Assembly: GCA_021108375.1 (NCBI GenBank)
Contig: JAIORA010000048.1
Location: 66,977-130,976, forward strand
Direction: 5' to 3'
DNA length: 64,000 nucleotides
DNA from: Anaerohalosphaeraceae bacterium
GTDB taxonomy: Bacteria > Planctomycetota > Phycisphaerae > Sedimentisphaerales > UBA12454
Shown: in pieces, positions 9,884 to 18,628 of the stretch
How positions within the stretch are numbered: position 1 is the first letter of the stretch
Layout: the number at the start of each line of letters is the position of its first letter
Translations under genes and position numbers: made by a program
Notes under the pieces: model-generated
Database searches by the model: none
The model's input: the letters and a program-made list of their open reading frames with translations, nothing else
What the model was told of the DNA's origin: nothing

Positions 9884-10018
9884 TCAGTACGCTTTGATTA
9901 ATTCGTCAATGAGTTCCTGTTTACGTTTTTCCTGCGGTGTTTGTTTGGCCATAGTAAATACCTTTCAAAAATAGGTTAACAAATCTATGACCATTTACAC
10001 AGTTTATTTCACACCCTC
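9884..10018 (-). mobile_element. IS256-like left end and transposase stub
   Basis: End GAGGGTGTGAAATAAACTGTGTAA; GAAAGG RBS; ATG 9952 gives MAKQTPQEKRKQELIDELIKAY*. Confidence 0.6.
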
Positions 10019-10069
10019 ATGTGGGTTCCAGCCTTTTTCATACTTGCTACAAACCTTAATGATCTATCC

Positions 10070-10153
10070 ATCTTCTGGAATGGATATTATTTTGATGAGG
10101 AGACTAAGAACTATTATTTGCGGAGCAGATACTACTCCCCACTTGAGAGGAAA
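10070..10153 (+). pseudogene. RHS repeat-associated core fragment
   Basis: IFWNGYYFDEETKNYYLRSRYYSPLERK matches the RHS core signature GyyyDxETglyYxraRYYdP. Confidence 0.7.
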
Positions 10154-10182
10154 TGTTCAATTATAAGGGGTACCTACCGTTA

Positions 10183-10725
10183 TCAATTATCCCTTTTAGT
10201 AAAAATCAACTGTATCGGATTGGTCTCTATCATTTTGCTGTTAGGAGGAGCAGCACCCTTGAGCCAAGTGTAGTTAAGCCAATTAGCTTTCCATGCCTTT
10301 CCATTTTCGGAAATATTACCAATAAAACTATCTCTACTATTACCCTCTAAAACACCATTTGGTAGTTTCATATGAAACAAATCTAATATTACCTCCACAC
10401 AAAGTTTACGTTCAGCAGAATCATAGTAGTTTTCCACCGGCCCTAATGCAAAAACAGCAAATGTTCCTTCTTCAGAACCTTCAAGCTCTTTGCTGCCTTC
10501 TTCAATTGTCATAGGCCCTCCTAGTGGATGGATTAGTTTAGAAATTTCACCATCTTCTTCAATCTTAAAAGCCCAGTTATGTTCTTTTGATTGCCAAATA
10601 CCAACCGGATATTCTAGGTATGAGCTTGTTCCCACTGAGACATTATGATGGCTACCATAAGGAGTACGACAACCAATTAATTGTAGAAATATAATTATGA
10701 ATAAGACAACACATGATAATCTCAT
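10183..10725 (-). CDS. Hypothetical lipoprotein
   Basis: Hydrophobic N-terminus with LIGC lipobox; abuts the upstream gene. Confidence 0.75.
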   Translation of the reverse strand: MRLSCVVLFIIIFLQLIGCRTPYGSHHNVSVGTSSYLEYPVGIWQSKEHNWAFKIEEDGEISKLIHPLGGPMTIEEGSKELEGSEEGTFAVFALGPVENYYDSAERKLCVEVILDLFHMKLPNGVLEGNSRDSFIGNISENGKAWKANWLNYTWLKGAAPPNSKMIETNPIQLIFTKRDN

Positions 10726-12123
10726 TTAATTTGTCCAGAAGTTATAATCATCATCTCCATCCTCAGTAATATCTAGAGGACATTCATCAACAGTCCCTTG
10801 ATTAAAAAATGTATTGAAAATTTGAAGGTCAACATTACTAACGCGAAAAGGGCCTTCTTTATGATGATTGAGGTCGGCGCAAATACCATTATTTATTTGC
10901 ATAAGTTCTTCATCAGTTTTATTAAAAGCCTGTAGAAACACTTGAAGGTCAACATTACTAACTCTAAACGGGCCGTTTTGGATACCGTCGATATCGCCTC
11001 GGCAATTATATCTATAACACCAACAGGAAGGCTTATCCCATTCAAGCCAGTCCCAAAAACTTGGATTGCAACTACTCATACAGGTATCAGGATTTAGTAC
11101 CGTTATTGTTGCATTTGTGTATGCATGGTATGGTATATTGCAACATACATTTTCAAGAAAAACATCACCATTAATCACCCATATTGAGTAATTATAATCA
11201 GTTTCTTTATCTAATTCAACACTAAAGGTAGTATTATATATGTATGTTTCAGGTTCTATGGAATCGTTAATATCGGTATCTGATTGTGAAAGACCAATGA
11301 TAGCATCAGTTGTTTCACTTGGTGTATTTGAATTAATAATGCTATTATATATTTTTAAAATGGCATCGTTATTAGTAATTGCAATAGTTGCAGAGGCTCC
11401 GCCATTCTTATCTCCAAGTTCTGCAGAAATAACACATGAGGTAACATTTACATCTAAATTACCATCTAATTCCAAGGCAAATGTATCGCACATATAATCA
11501 TAACCAGAAGTTACAATGTCAGTATCTATTATTGTATGAATGGATCTTATTGGGTCATATATTCCATCCTTAATTCCTAAGCCATATTCATTACCATTAA
11601 TGAGACATTTCGATATATTGGTATTATTGGTTTCTTTGAAAAGAACGGTATGACCAAAACCTTCACCGGATTGTTCTCCAGAATTGCCGTTTTTGCCACG
11701 TAGAAAACAACAGTTTTCCAAGCTAATGTCATTGATTTCTGAAGCTAAAACTGAACAGCGATCATCTGGAACAGGCTTTTCGTAACGGTCATGTATGACT
11801 GTCAAGTTTTTTAATACACACCCATTTCCTAGTTTTATTGTGAAATCATTTGGGCTTTGTTCATTAGGGTCTTGGATGATAACTGACTCTTTGTCACCTA
11901 TACCTTCCAAAGTTATGTTATTTTTGACTGACAAGTCAACATATTCTTCATAAGTTCCCGGGTAGATTGCTATAGCATCACCGTTTTGTGCATTTTGAAG
12001 GGCCTCATTTATGTCAATATAACTATTTGGGACATTCTGGGTTCCGTCAACTATCAATGTATCCCCAAAAAGAAATTGACTACAGAACACTGCAACAGAT
12101 AAGATTGCAATAATTTTTTTCAT
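10726..12123 (-). CDS. Secreted beta-helix (pectin-lyase-fold-like) protein with Cys-rich duplicated dockerin-like C-terminus
   Basis: Signal peptide; YIDINEALQNAQNGDAIAIYPGTYEEYV; KPSCWCYRYNCRGDIDG and two copies of GPFRVSNVDLQ. Confidence 0.8.
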   Translation of the reverse strand: MKKIIAILSVAVFCSQFLFGDTLIVDGTQNVPNSYIDINEALQNAQNGDAIAIYPGTYEEYVDLSVKNNITLEGIGDKESVIIQDPNEQSPNDFTIKLGNGCVLKNLTVIHDRYEKPVPDDRCSVLASEINDISLENCCFLRGKNGNSGEQSGEGFGHTVLFKETNNTNISKCLINGNEYGLGIKDGIYDPIRSIHTIIDTDIVTSGYDYMCDTFALELDGNLDVNVTSCVISAELGDKNGGASATIAITNNDAILKIYNSIINSNTPSETTDAIIGLSQSDTDINDSIEPETYIYNTTFSVELDKETDYNYSIWVINGDVFLENVCCNIPYHAYTNATITVLNPDTCMSSCNPSFWDWLEWDKPSCWCYRYNCRGDIDGIQNGPFRVSNVDLQVFLQAFNKTDEELMQINNGICADLNHHKEGPFRVSNVDLQIFNTFFNQGTVDECPLDITEDGDDDYNFWTN

Positions 12124-12176
12124 AATATTCCTCTTGAAACAAAGTGCGGTTAATATTTTTCAAATACTGTCAAGGT

Positions 12177-12205
12177 TGTAAACGGTGGAGTAAAAGTGTC
12201 CCACC
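12177..12205 (+). mobile_element. Possible isolated IS21-like terminal sequence
   Basis: TGTAAACGGTGGAGTAAAAGTGTCCCACC resembles IS21-family ends as recalled; no transposase is present. Confidence 0.35.
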
Positions 12206-12248
12206 CGGCAGAACAGCCCAAAAAAACAAGACTAAACAATTCGGGTTC

Positions 12249-12664
12249 TTAGCCACGAAGACTCAAAAACACAAAAATTTAGACACGGATTTCACTGATT
12301 ATACAGATAAAAAATAGGTACAAAGGAGTAAAGGCACCCGAGTTTTTTATTTTTTAGACACGAATTTACACCAATTCCGATTATTAAGTGCGCCATTGTC
12401 ATTTCGACCGGAACGAGCGAAGCGAATGGAGCGGAGAAATCTGTCGTTTTTAGATTCCTCGACTACGCTCGGAATGACGTGTGTGCGCATTTATTATTCG
12501 TACTTGGTATACTATGCAGGTACCCGCAGGGCAAGACCTACGGGCTAATGGCGATGGGAAAGATACAAACCATACGCAAGCACGAACCGTCGGGCAGGCC
12601 ACGACGGCTAAACGGCGATGTGGGCGGATTGTTAAAATTCGTAAGCACGAACCCCCTCATAGTG
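12249..12664. repeat. Intergenic mosaic of REP-like hairpins
   Basis: CACGGATT-type repeats, a GTCATTTCGACC...GGAATGAC pair, GCTAA-ended hairpins at 12521-12548 and 12585-12611, and a half hairpin at 12650-12664. Confidence 0.85.
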
Positions 12665-13636
12665 AGAGGAAATTGCATCAAAAATCTTTCTGGGCATAAT
12701 CACGTTTCCAAATCGCATAAAATATCAGCTTACTACGAACCCAATTCTCTACCCTGAATAGGCCGCAAACCCAACTTGGTAAAGGCTTCAAGCCAAAACT
12801 TAAATTACATAAATGACCAAACATATGCTCTATGCCGACACGGCTGCGAATCAAGCCATCAACGAATTTACTATCTAAACGCTTAAGCATATCAAGGCGA
12901 TAGGGGCTATGTTTACGATGCCCTATTCCCCTGGCTTTTCTGCAATAACGACGAGCGATAAGACGAATCGATTTTGAACCGGCAAGATCGTAAAGAGCAT
13001 TTTTGTCATAAGCACTATCGCCAATCAGATAGCCCTGGGGTTCTATTTCATTTACCAATTCGCGAGCTACTTTGCTCTCGCTAAAGTTCATAGGCCTGAT
13101 TTTCCAGTTTACAAATCCCTGTCTGGAATCAGCGATTGCATACAGTTTATAGCCTTTGCCCATTCCACCGCCGGCATATCCATATCCGGCCTGCTTATCA
13201 CCGCTGGAATTGCTTATCAGCAATCCTTTAGCATCTATCCATCTGCAAATGTTTCTTTGGTTAGTATCTTTCAATTTCTCTTCAATGTTCCTGAGTAATT
13301 TCTGAACACCGACAGTTCTTAATCTTCTGCTCATCGTTGAAGCATCTGGCAGGTTTTGTCTTCTGTGGTATACGGGCCAGTTTTTTTTCTTACATGCCCA
13401 GCAGGTTGGCCGATCATGTAAGACTGCCCACAGATAAACTTTGACAATATCAGCGTCAGTAAATTTGGCTCTTTTCAATTTAGTTTTTCTGTAAAGATCC
13501 ATGATAATCTGATAGACTTTCCTGAAGAGTTCGCTTTCCATAATACTCCTTTCATAATAAACGAAATTACCAAGAGTATTATATTGGCGAACTCCTTTTG
13601 TCGCAATAGTTTATCTACTTTCGCGCAATTTCCTCT
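12665..13636 (-). mobile_element. Insertion sequence, ~972 bp, 12-bp terminal inverted repeats
   Basis: AGAGGAAATTGC at 12665-12676 and GCAATTTCCTCT at 13625-13636 bracket a single transposase ORF. Confidence 0.85.
12678..13541 (-). CDS. DDE transposase (IS982/IS5-like)
   Basis: WIDAK, GYKLY, IGDSAYD, RVGIEHMFG form an intact D-D-E triad. Confidence 0.88.
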   Translation of the reverse strand: MESELFRKVYQIIMDLYRKTKLKRAKFTDADIVKVYLWAVLHDRPTCWACKKKNWPVYHRRQNLPDASTMSRRLRTVGVQKLLRNIEEKLKDTNQRNICRWIDAKGLLISNSSGDKQAGYGYAGGGMGKGYKLYAIADSRQGFVNWKIRPMNFSESKVARELVNEIEPQGYLIGDSAYDKNALYDLAGSKSIRLIARRYCRKARGIGHRKHSPYRLDMLKRLDSKFVDGLIRSRVGIEHMFGHLCNLSFGLKPLPSWVCGLFRVENWVRSKLIFYAIWKRDYAQKDF

Positions 13637-13680
13637 TCATCAGGGGGTTAAATATTCCGGCGACTTACGTCGCTCGGCTT
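13637..13680. repeat. Right half of the interrupted hairpin plus a TCCGGCGAC..GTCGCTCGGCT REP
   Basis: tcatcagggggttaa, then tccggcgacttacgtcgctcggctt (also at 22239 and 27892). Confidence 0.8.
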
Positions 13681-13723
13681 TTATGCGGTGGGAAAATGAT
13701 AAACCATTCGACAGATAATCACA

Positions 13724-14722
13724 TCATAAGCGAGTGCGGAACTCGGCAACTATTTTGCCCCGGGCATCGGCGAACGGACCAGGCATATTAACGCCTGCGG
13801 CCATCTTGTGGCCGCCACCGCCAAACTTTTGTGCAATTTCGCGGACATCAACGCTGCCATCACTCCGCAGTGAACACCGCCAATTGTCGTCAGCCAACTC
13901 AACAAAAAGAGCGACCGCTCGAACCGAACGTATCCGCTGGCACTCATTGACAAATTCCTCCGTGTCCCTGCCAACAGCACCAGTCTGGTCAAAATCAGCA
14001 CGGGTCAAATGCTGGAGCGCTATCTGGCCATCACTGTCAAACTCAAGGCTCTTAATCATTCTGCCGAGCAACTGGAACCGGGCAGGAGTGTAATTCTGGT
14101 ACATTCGGCGGTAAATTTCCGCAGGCTTTGCACCACATTCTATAAGGGCAGAGGCGTTGCGGAAGACTCGCGCATCGGAATTTTCGAAGCGGAACCAGCC
14201 TGTATCAGTTGACAGGGCAACAAAGAGAGCCTCGGCGATGTCCTCAGTTACAGGCCATTTAGCATATTTGAGGAGGTCGTAAACTATCTCGCCAGTAGCG
14301 GCGGCGGTGGAATCGATAAGCTCGACTGTGCCGAAACCGTCGCCTGTTATGTGATGGTCGATTACGAGAATTGGAAGGTGAGTATCCTTGAGCCATTTGT
14401 CAAATTCGGGCAACTGCACATAACTGTTGGTGTCAACAATTATGACCAAATCAAACTGGCCGAAAGAACCCTCCGCTAATTGCTCCAATGTTATATCATT
14501 GCCGAATACCGGAACGGGCGAACTGAACAGAAATGAATACCAGTCGGCCAACGGGCTGAGCAGGAGCGGCTGTGCCTTTTTGCCGAGAGCCTCAATAGTC
14601 TGGCACATCGCTTTCATCGAGCCGACCGCGTCGCCGTCCGGCCTGGTGTGAGAAGTTACAAGGCAGCTTGTAGATTTTTTTATGAGCTTAGCAGTTTTTT
14701 TAAAGTCGCCGGTAATTACCAT
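13724..14722 (-). CDS. nrnA: DHH/DHHA1 phosphoesterase (NrnA)
   Basis: HTRPDGDAVGS, IDHH, TDTGWF, SLRS, GGGGHKMAAG. Confidence 0.9.
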   Translation of the reverse strand: MVITGDFKKTAKLIKKSTSCLVTSHTRPDGDAVGSMKAMCQTIEALGKKAQPLLLSPLADWYSFLFSSPVPVFGNDITLEQLAEGSFGQFDLVIIVDTNSYVQLPEFDKWLKDTHLPILVIDHHITGDGFGTVELIDSTAAATGEIVYDLLKYAKWPVTEDIAEALFVALSTDTGWFRFENSDARVFRNASALIECGAKPAEIYRRMYQNYTPARFQLLGRMIKSLEFDSDGQIALQHLTRADFDQTGAVGRDTEEFVNECQRIRSVRAVALFVELADDNWRCSLRSDGSVDVREIAQKFGGGGHKMAAGVNMPGPFADARGKIVAEFRTRL

Positions 14723-14765
14723 TTGTTTCCTTTTTTATTCTCTGATTAACGGGAACGCAAAAAAC

Positions 14766-14856
14766 GAGATTGCCACGTTACGCTCGCAATGACAAATGGA
14801 TTCCCACTTTCGTGGGAATGACAAAGCAAGATTTCTCCGCATTGGTCGCAATGACA
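14766..14856. repeat. Three different ATGACA-ended hairpin repeats in tandem
   Basis: gagattgccacgttacgctcgcaatgaca / tggattcccactttcgtgggaatgaca / agatttctccgcattggtcgcaatgaca. Confidence 0.85.
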
Positions 14857-14865
14857 GTCCTGTCT

Positions 14866-15837
14866 TTATAAATTAATTTCTTTGGCCAGTATTTTTTTTG
14901 CTTTATCACAATCTATTTTTATTTGTTTTTTCAGCAGCTCTTCGCTTTCGAATCTTTCCTGTCCCCTGATGTGTTCAACGAAATCCATCGACAGGTATTT
15001 GCCGTACAAGTCATCAACGCCATTATCAAAAATGTGAGCCTCTATGAGCATTGGATGGTCCGAGATAAAAGTCTTTGCCCTGCCGAGACTGAAAATGGCG
15101 GAGATGTTGGCAGTGTTTGCGCAGAGATTTTTTAAATTGTTGTTTATCGCGACATAGCCAGCATAGACACCCTCGGCGGGGATTGTCTGCTCGTAGGGGT
15201 CGATGTTGGCGGTAGGAAAGCCAAGCTCTGCACCTTTGCCTCTGCCGGAAATGACCTGTCCCATCAAACGATAATTTCTGCCGAGCGTGTTGGATGCTGA
15301 AGCGACGCTGCCCTTTTGCAGCAGGCGGCGCACTATTGTACTCGAAACTTTTGAATCGCTTTGGTCAGTTACCGGCGGAACAACAACAATCTCAAAGCCG
15401 AACGTTTCGCCAAAAGAAGCCAGCGTCTCGACCGTGCCGCTTCGACCATAACCAAAATGAAAATCATCACCCTCAACAATGGCCTGAGGGGAGAGATGTT
15501 CCATTAAAAACTCTTTTACGAAATCGGCGGGTGAAAGGGTCAGCATCTTGTAGCTGTCCTTTACGACAATTAGAAAATCTATGCCGGCCTCTTCAATCAG
15601 TTGAGCCTTTAGGAAAAGCGGGGTCAGTACCTGCGGTTTTTTTTCGGGGTGCAGAATTACGGCCGGGTGCGGCTCGAATGTCATTACCGCTGTTTTGGTG
15701 GAGAGCCTTTCGGCTGTTTTCCTGACGGTATCAATAATTTTGCGGTGGCCGAGATGGAAACCGTCAAAATTGCCGAGCGTAAGGCAACAATTTTTCATTG
15801 AATCATCGATGTCAAAAAGTGAATCTATTATCCGCAT
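14866..15837 (-). CDS. ribF: Bifunctional riboflavin kinase/FAD synthetase
   Basis: GNFDGFHLGH, TFEPHP, VSSTIVR, GFPTAN, EAHIFD. Confidence 0.96.
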   Translation of the reverse strand: MRIIDSLFDIDDSMKNCCLTLGNFDGFHLGHRKIIDTVRKTAERLSTKTAVMTFEPHPAVILHPEKKPQVLTPLFLKAQLIEEAGIDFLIVVKDSYKMLTLSPADFVKEFLMEHLSPQAIVEGDDFHFGYGRSGTVETLASFGETFGFEIVVVPPVTDQSDSKVSSTIVRRLLQKGSVASASNTLGRNYRLMGQVISGRGKGAELGFPTANIDPYEQTIPAEGVYAGYVAINNNLKNLCANTANISAIFSLGRAKTFISDHPMLIEAHIFDNGVDDLYGKYLSMDFVEHIRGQERFESEELLKKQIKIDCDKAKKILAKEINL

Positions 15838-15946
15838 CCGTCGTATCCTGTTAAAAAACGTATTTATAGGGGTATTTTAAGCCTCGATGACAATTTTAGC
15901 AAGGTTTTTTGGCTTGAAAAAAACACGTTAAACTGATAGAAAATGT

Positions 15947-16096
15947 AGTTATGAGTTATGAGTCCTTAGTTTTGAGTTGAGGAATCCCGATAAATCGGGA
16001 TGGATTTCTAATAAAAAGCACGGCCTCGCAATGACAAACAACCCCCTGATGAATCAGGGGGCTAACTTGGATTTCTCCACATTGGTAGAAATAACA
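15947..16096. repeat. Intergenic repeat mosaic
   Basis: GAGTTAT heptamers, CCCGATAAATCGGG, CCTCGCAATGACA, hairpin AACCCCCTGATGAATCAGGGGGCTAA; the first ~85 bp recur near 27770. Confidence 0.85.
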
Positions 16097-16124
16097 AGGT
16101 CTTGGACGAACAGGGGAACCAAAT

Positions 16125-16706
16125 ATGAATTTTTCGCAAAGACAAAAACCAATTTTTACCACTGATAACCCGCCAGTCAGGAGCAGTCTGCACGGACATA
16201 TAGCAGCGGTGGGACTCGAAACAAACACTGAAAAATTCGAGACAATCTACAAACGCATAACAGAACTGTTCGAAATGAAAAACAGTATCTGCTCAGAAGA
16301 AATCTCCGCCATCGCTGAAGAAGTTAATCAACAGCCCCGGCAAACCTGGAAACTACTAAACGTTAAAACATCGTTCGGTACAAATACACTGCCATCAGCA
16401 ACGGTACTGTTAGAATCCGAATCCGAAGGCAAAAAGGTGAGCCAGGCGTGCGGCTACAGCAGTACAGACGCGATATGCTCGGCGATTCAGCAGGCAACGG
16501 AAATCAGAGTCTTCCTGAAAAATTTCAGCTTCAAAACGATAGGCAACGGAACGAACGCGATGGGGCAGGCGGAAGTTACCGCTGAGTATCATAATCAGCA
16601 GGTGAGAACTAAGGCGTGCTCAGTCGATATTCTCGAAGCTGTAGGACAGGCCTATCTTACGGCAATAAATACAGTGCTGGACAGAATAATCCAGCAGCTC
16701 GATTGA
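16125..16706 (+). CDS. Stand-alone LeuA (2-isopropylmalate synthase) C-terminal regulatory domain
   Basis: WKLLNVKTSFGTNTLPSATVLL, GTNAMGQAEVTA, SVDILEAVGQAYLTAIN; no catalytic barrel. Confidence 0.75.
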   Translation: MNFSQRQKPIFTTDNPPVRSSLHGHIAAVGLETNTEKFETIYKRITELFEMKNSICSEEISAIAEEVNQQPRQTWKLLNVKTSFGTNTLPSATVLLESESEGKKVSQACGYSSTDAICSAIQQATEIRVFLKNFSFKTIGNGTNAMGQAEVTAEYHNQQVRTKACSVDILEAVGQAYLTAINTVLDRIIQQLD

Positions 16707-16724
16707 CAGGATTGAAAAAACGTT

Positions 16725-18275
16725 ATGACTTATCTTACAGTACCAATATCCGCAGAGAAAATTGAAGCAGCCAAAGAACAGATAATCTCGGCGACAAAAC
16801 GCAAAGCGGAAATGCTTGAGTTGCGGCTGGACTGCCTGGGGGGGCTGGACATTGAAATGGCCGTTGAGCTTATACGAACAGCTAAAAAGAGCGAACTGCC
16901 GATACTGACAACGTGCAGAGACGAGGCCGAGGGCGGAAAAAACGGCTACGACGAGAACCTGAGAAAAAACGTTTTGGCACAGGCGATTGACGCGGGAGTT
17001 GATTTTGTCGATTGCGAATTCGAGAACTTCTGCAGAAAAGATTTTGCAGAACCTGTCAAAAAAGCACTGGCAGAGAACCCGAAAACCAAGCTGATACTGT
17101 CAGCTCATAACTTTAAATCGAAATTCCAAAACGCCAGGAAACTCCACTCCGAAATCACCGCCCTTTTCCCAGATTGCATAGCGAAACTGGCATACAAAGC
17201 CGAAAATATAAATGACTGCTTTGAAGCGTTCGACATTCTCAGCGAAAATAAGAACTCCATCGTTATATGTATGGGACAGGCGGGGATTATCAGCAGGGTT
17301 ATCGCTAAAAAACTTGGGACGGTTTTGACCTTTGCCAGTCTCGATGAAAACTCGGCAACGGCTGACGGGCAAATCAGTATAGAAAAAATGAAAAAGCTCT
17401 GCCGATTCGATTCGATTGACGAAGCGACAGAACTTTACGGCATTATTGCTGACCCCGTTGGGCATTCCATCGGCCCGGCAGTACATAACCACTGTTTCGC
17501 GGCGGAAAAAATGAACCGGCTTTATCTGCCTTTACTGGTGGAAGGCGGGCAAAGAAAGTTTGGTGAGTTTTTAGATAACGTTCTGAAACGCCCGTGGCTG
17601 GGCTTTAAAGGCTTTAGCGTTACTCTCCCGCATAAAACGAATGCGCTGGAATATGTAACCAAAAGCGGCAATTATATCGAGCCTTTAGCAGAAAAAATCG
17701 GAGCGGTGAACACGCTTGTCATCGGGTGCAACGACAGAATCAGTGCTTACAATACCGATTATGCGGGCGCTTTAGATGCCCTGACTGGAGCGATGGGAAT
17801 CGGCAGGAAACATCTTAAAAAAGTCGGCTGTGCCGTTATCGGGGCAGGTGGTGCGGGACGGGCAATCGTGGCGGGGCTGGCGGATGCGGGGGCAAAAGTT
17901 ACGATTTATAACCGAACCGAGAAAAAGGCGCAGAACCTCGCGCTGGAATTCGGGTGCAGACACGCACCAATTGCAGATGTCAAAAATACGGACGCGAAAA
18001 TTATAATCAACTGCACCAGCATCGGAATGAGTCCGAATGTCAATGCAAGCCCGGTTCCGAAAGAAACGATAAAGCCTGATATGGTGGTTTTCGATACGGT
18101 TTATAATCCTGCCGAGACACTACTGCTGGCAGAGGCAAAAGAAATCGGCGCTAAAACCGTTGGCGGGAGCGAAATGTTTATCGGCCAGGCGGCGGAACAG
18201 TTTAAACACTTTACGCAGAAATCGTGCGACGAAAGTACGATGCGCTCGGCAGTAGCAAAAGCGATGCGGAGGTAA
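16725..18275 (+). CDS. aroDE: Fused type I 3-dehydroquinate dehydratase / shikimate dehydrogenase
   Basis: ELRLD, SAHNF, PVGHSIGP, SVTLPHK, GAVNT, NTDY, GAGGAGRA. Confidence 0.93.
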   Translation: MTYLTVPISAEKIEAAKEQIISATKRKAEMLELRLDCLGGLDIEMAVELIRTAKKSELPILTTCRDEAEGGKNGYDENLRKNVLAQAIDAGVDFVDCEFENFCRKDFAEPVKKALAENPKTKLILSAHNFKSKFQNARKLHSEITALFPDCIAKLAYKAENINDCFEAFDILSENKNSIVICMGQAGIISRVIAKKLGTVLTFASLDENSATADGQISIEKMKKLCRFDSIDEATELYGIIADPVGHSIGPAVHNHCFAAEKMNRLYLPLLVEGGQRKFGEFLDNVLKRPWLGFKGFSVTLPHKTNALEYVTKSGNYIEPLAEKIGAVNTLVIGCNDRISAYNTDYAGALDALTGAMGIGRKHLKKVGCAVIGAGGAGRAIVAGLADAGAKVTIYNRTEKKAQNLALEFGCRHAPIADVKNTDAKIIINCTSIGMSPNVNASPVPKETIKPDMVVFDTVYNPAETLLLAEAKEIGAKTVGGSEMFIGQAAEQFKHFTQKSCDESTMRSAVAKAMRR

Positions 18276-18605
18276 TTAGCCACGAAAAATTTAGCCACAG
18301 ATGGACACTGATTTCACAGGCTTGTCCTGAGCGCAGCCGAAGGATTGCACTGATAAAAAAACAAGATACAGAAAAATGGATACCCGCTTTCGCGGGTATG
18401 ACAACTCGGCCGTACCGGCCGAGGCTAAACAGCAATGGGAAAATAAATTCTAATATCTAAATCCTAAACAATTTCAAAACACAAAAATTTAAAATTCAAA
18501 ACAAAAGAGATTGCCGCGCTGCGCTCGCAATGACAAAGTCGTATGCGAACGGGATAATCAATATGTGGATACCCGCAGGGCAAGACCTGCGGGCTAATGG
18601 TGATG
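18276..18605. repeat. Intergenic repeat mosaic between convergent genes
   Basis: CACAGAT-type repeat, CTTGTCCTGAGCGCAGCCGAAGG, GGATACCCGCTTTCGCGGGTATGACA, GCTAA hairpins at 18403-18428 and 18570-18597, heptamers, GCAATGACA module. Confidence 0.88.
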
Positions 18606-18628
18606 TAAGCAATTATTAGAACTACCCT

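Noticed and set aside
8780-13700. Intact prophage or ICE at tRNA-Ser
   Set aside because: The integrase is broken, no second att copy was seen, and there are no structural or conjugation genes
15956-16228. Paralogous small ORFs MRNPDKSGW... (15977 and 27795) and their antisense ORFs
   Set aside because: The similarity comes from the duplicated non-coding repeat block
16725-18275. AroD-AroE fusion as a novelty
   Set aside because: This fusion is already known from planctomycetes, chlamydiae and plants
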